A DNA stretch of 64,000 bases from Leptolyngbyaceae cyanobacterium. GTDB taxonomy: Bacteria > Cyanobacteriota > Cyanobacteriia > Phormidesmidales > Phormidesmidaceae. The translations under genes and the position numbers were made by a program. Below the pieces are notes generated by a model that did not search any database, had not been told where the DNA came from, and worked only from the letters and a program-made list of their open reading frames with translations. Of this stretch, positions 63,140 to 64,000 are shown piece by piece. The stretch's first letter is position 1; each line of letters begins with the position of its first letter. Location: positions 2,272,001 through 2,336,000 of the forward strand of contig CBDHHL010000056.1 of NCBI GenBank assembly GCA_965263355.1, in the 5' to 3' direction.

Positions 63140-63514
63140 ATGCCATTGCACCCTCGACCTTACTCAGGATCTGTGAAATATTTTTTCTTGTCCGACGGCT
63201 GGACCACTGGCAGAGTATGGGAGTTTGGCGGCCTATGGAATGAAATCGCCTGGCAGCGCAAACCAATCATTAAACAGTTAAGGCTTTACATCGAAGAAGC
63301 CACCGAAAAGTTATGGCTATATCAAGTTGAAGACGACGTCTTAATGGTCGAAGTTCGGCCTGAAGATGACACGGCGATCCCCATTGGCCAAGTTGTTTTA
63401 AAGCGACTGATAACCGCTGATCAAGTGATCGAAAAGCTATGTGAAAGTAGTCATACTGCTATCACTGCTAACTTAGAGGCTAACCTTCCTAAGCAAGCTA
63501 GTTATCCCTTATAG
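63140..63514 (+). CDS. Conserved cyanobacterial hypothetical protein
   Basis: KYFFLSDGWTTGRVWEFGGLW ... IGQVVLKRLI; start may be the GTG at VKYFF. Confidence 0.6.
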   Translation: MPLHPRPYSGSVKYFFLSDGWTTGRVWEFGGLWNEIAWQRKPIIKQLRLYIEEATEKLWLYQVEDDVLMVEVRPEDDTAIPIGQVVLKRLITADQVIEKLCESSHTAITANLEANLPKQASYPL

Positions 63515-63531
63515 GAACAGAGTGATAAATG

Positions 63532-64000
63532 CTATAGGGTAGACCGCAAATTACTGACAGCCCGTTGTAAAGAGGCTAGAGCACGGCTATAACCGAGTGC
63601 CGCACTGACCCAATTGCCTTCAGCCTGGGTCAGCTCGGATTGAGCTGTCAAAACATCTAGCTGGGTACCTACACCAGCATCCAGACGTAAGTTAGCCAAC
63701 TCTAAGGCACGTACAGCTTGATTAATAGCCGTTCTAGCGGTGCGTACATTTTCTTCATTAGACCGCATCGTAAAGTACGCTTGTTCAACTTCAAAACGGA
63801 CCTGATCCAAAACCTCAGAAAAACGTTCTTCAGCGATAGCAGCACTCGCTTCCTGCTGACGGGCTCTGGCATAAGCAGCACCACCATCTACAAGCAACCA
63901 ATTTAATTGGGCTCCAAAGTTATAGTTATCTGAAGAATTATCAAAAAAATCACTCCAAGTATAGTTAGCAAATAAACTAACTTGAGGTTTAACAGCCGCT
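63532..64000 (-). CDS. TolC-family outer membrane efflux protein, C-terminal part only
   Basis: VRFEVEQAY, AGVGTQLDVLTAQSEL; frame continues to the window edge. Confidence 0.82.
   Translation of the reverse strand, partial: AAVKPQVSLFANYTWSDFFDNSSDNYNFGAQLNWLLVDGGAAYARARQQEASAAIAEERFSEVLDQVRFEVEQAYFTMRSNEENVRTARTAINQAVRALELANLRLDAGVGTQLDVLTAQSELTQAEGNWVSAALGYSRALASLQRAVSNLRSTL

Overview
A 64 kb window of a cyanobacterial chromosome. Evidence for the host: more than 20 HIP1 octamers (GCGATCGC) and the genes psaD, apcF, petG, cytM and chlM. Moderate GC and gene style suggest a filamentous, probably non-heterocystous, Leptolyngbya-like host (inference). Most of the window is core housekeeping: TRAP dctQM, ergothioneine egtC/egtB/egtD, chlM, nagA, purE, amt, dnaK3-dnaJ, tRNA-Leu(TAG), pnp, tpiA, tilS, minCDE, ychF, ispH, psaD-trpE, glnA-gifA with NtcA boxes, apcF, petG/cytM, ddl and tolC. 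The best find is an unannotated tandem array at 62591-63048 of three 176-177 bp units. On the minus strand each unit has a TCCGGA (DIF1-like) box, a ~59-nt RNA with the core UGGUAGAUGCACCCUGA, and its own G-U-tolerant terminator. This resembles the NsiR1 sRNA array but lies upstream of ddl rather than hetF. Other oddities: a 1019-aa DnaK with a ~390-aa prion-like tail plus a free-standing copy of its lid subdomain; an orphan MurL-like PP-loop enzyme and an NRPS condensation-domain relic at the egt locus; a homopolymer frameshift in egtD; a decayed defence islet (truncated HsdR_N, Uma2 broken by a 188-bp duplication, DUF262 remnant); two small dispersed-repeat families; and a PstS-like protein with two amphipathic repeat tracts.
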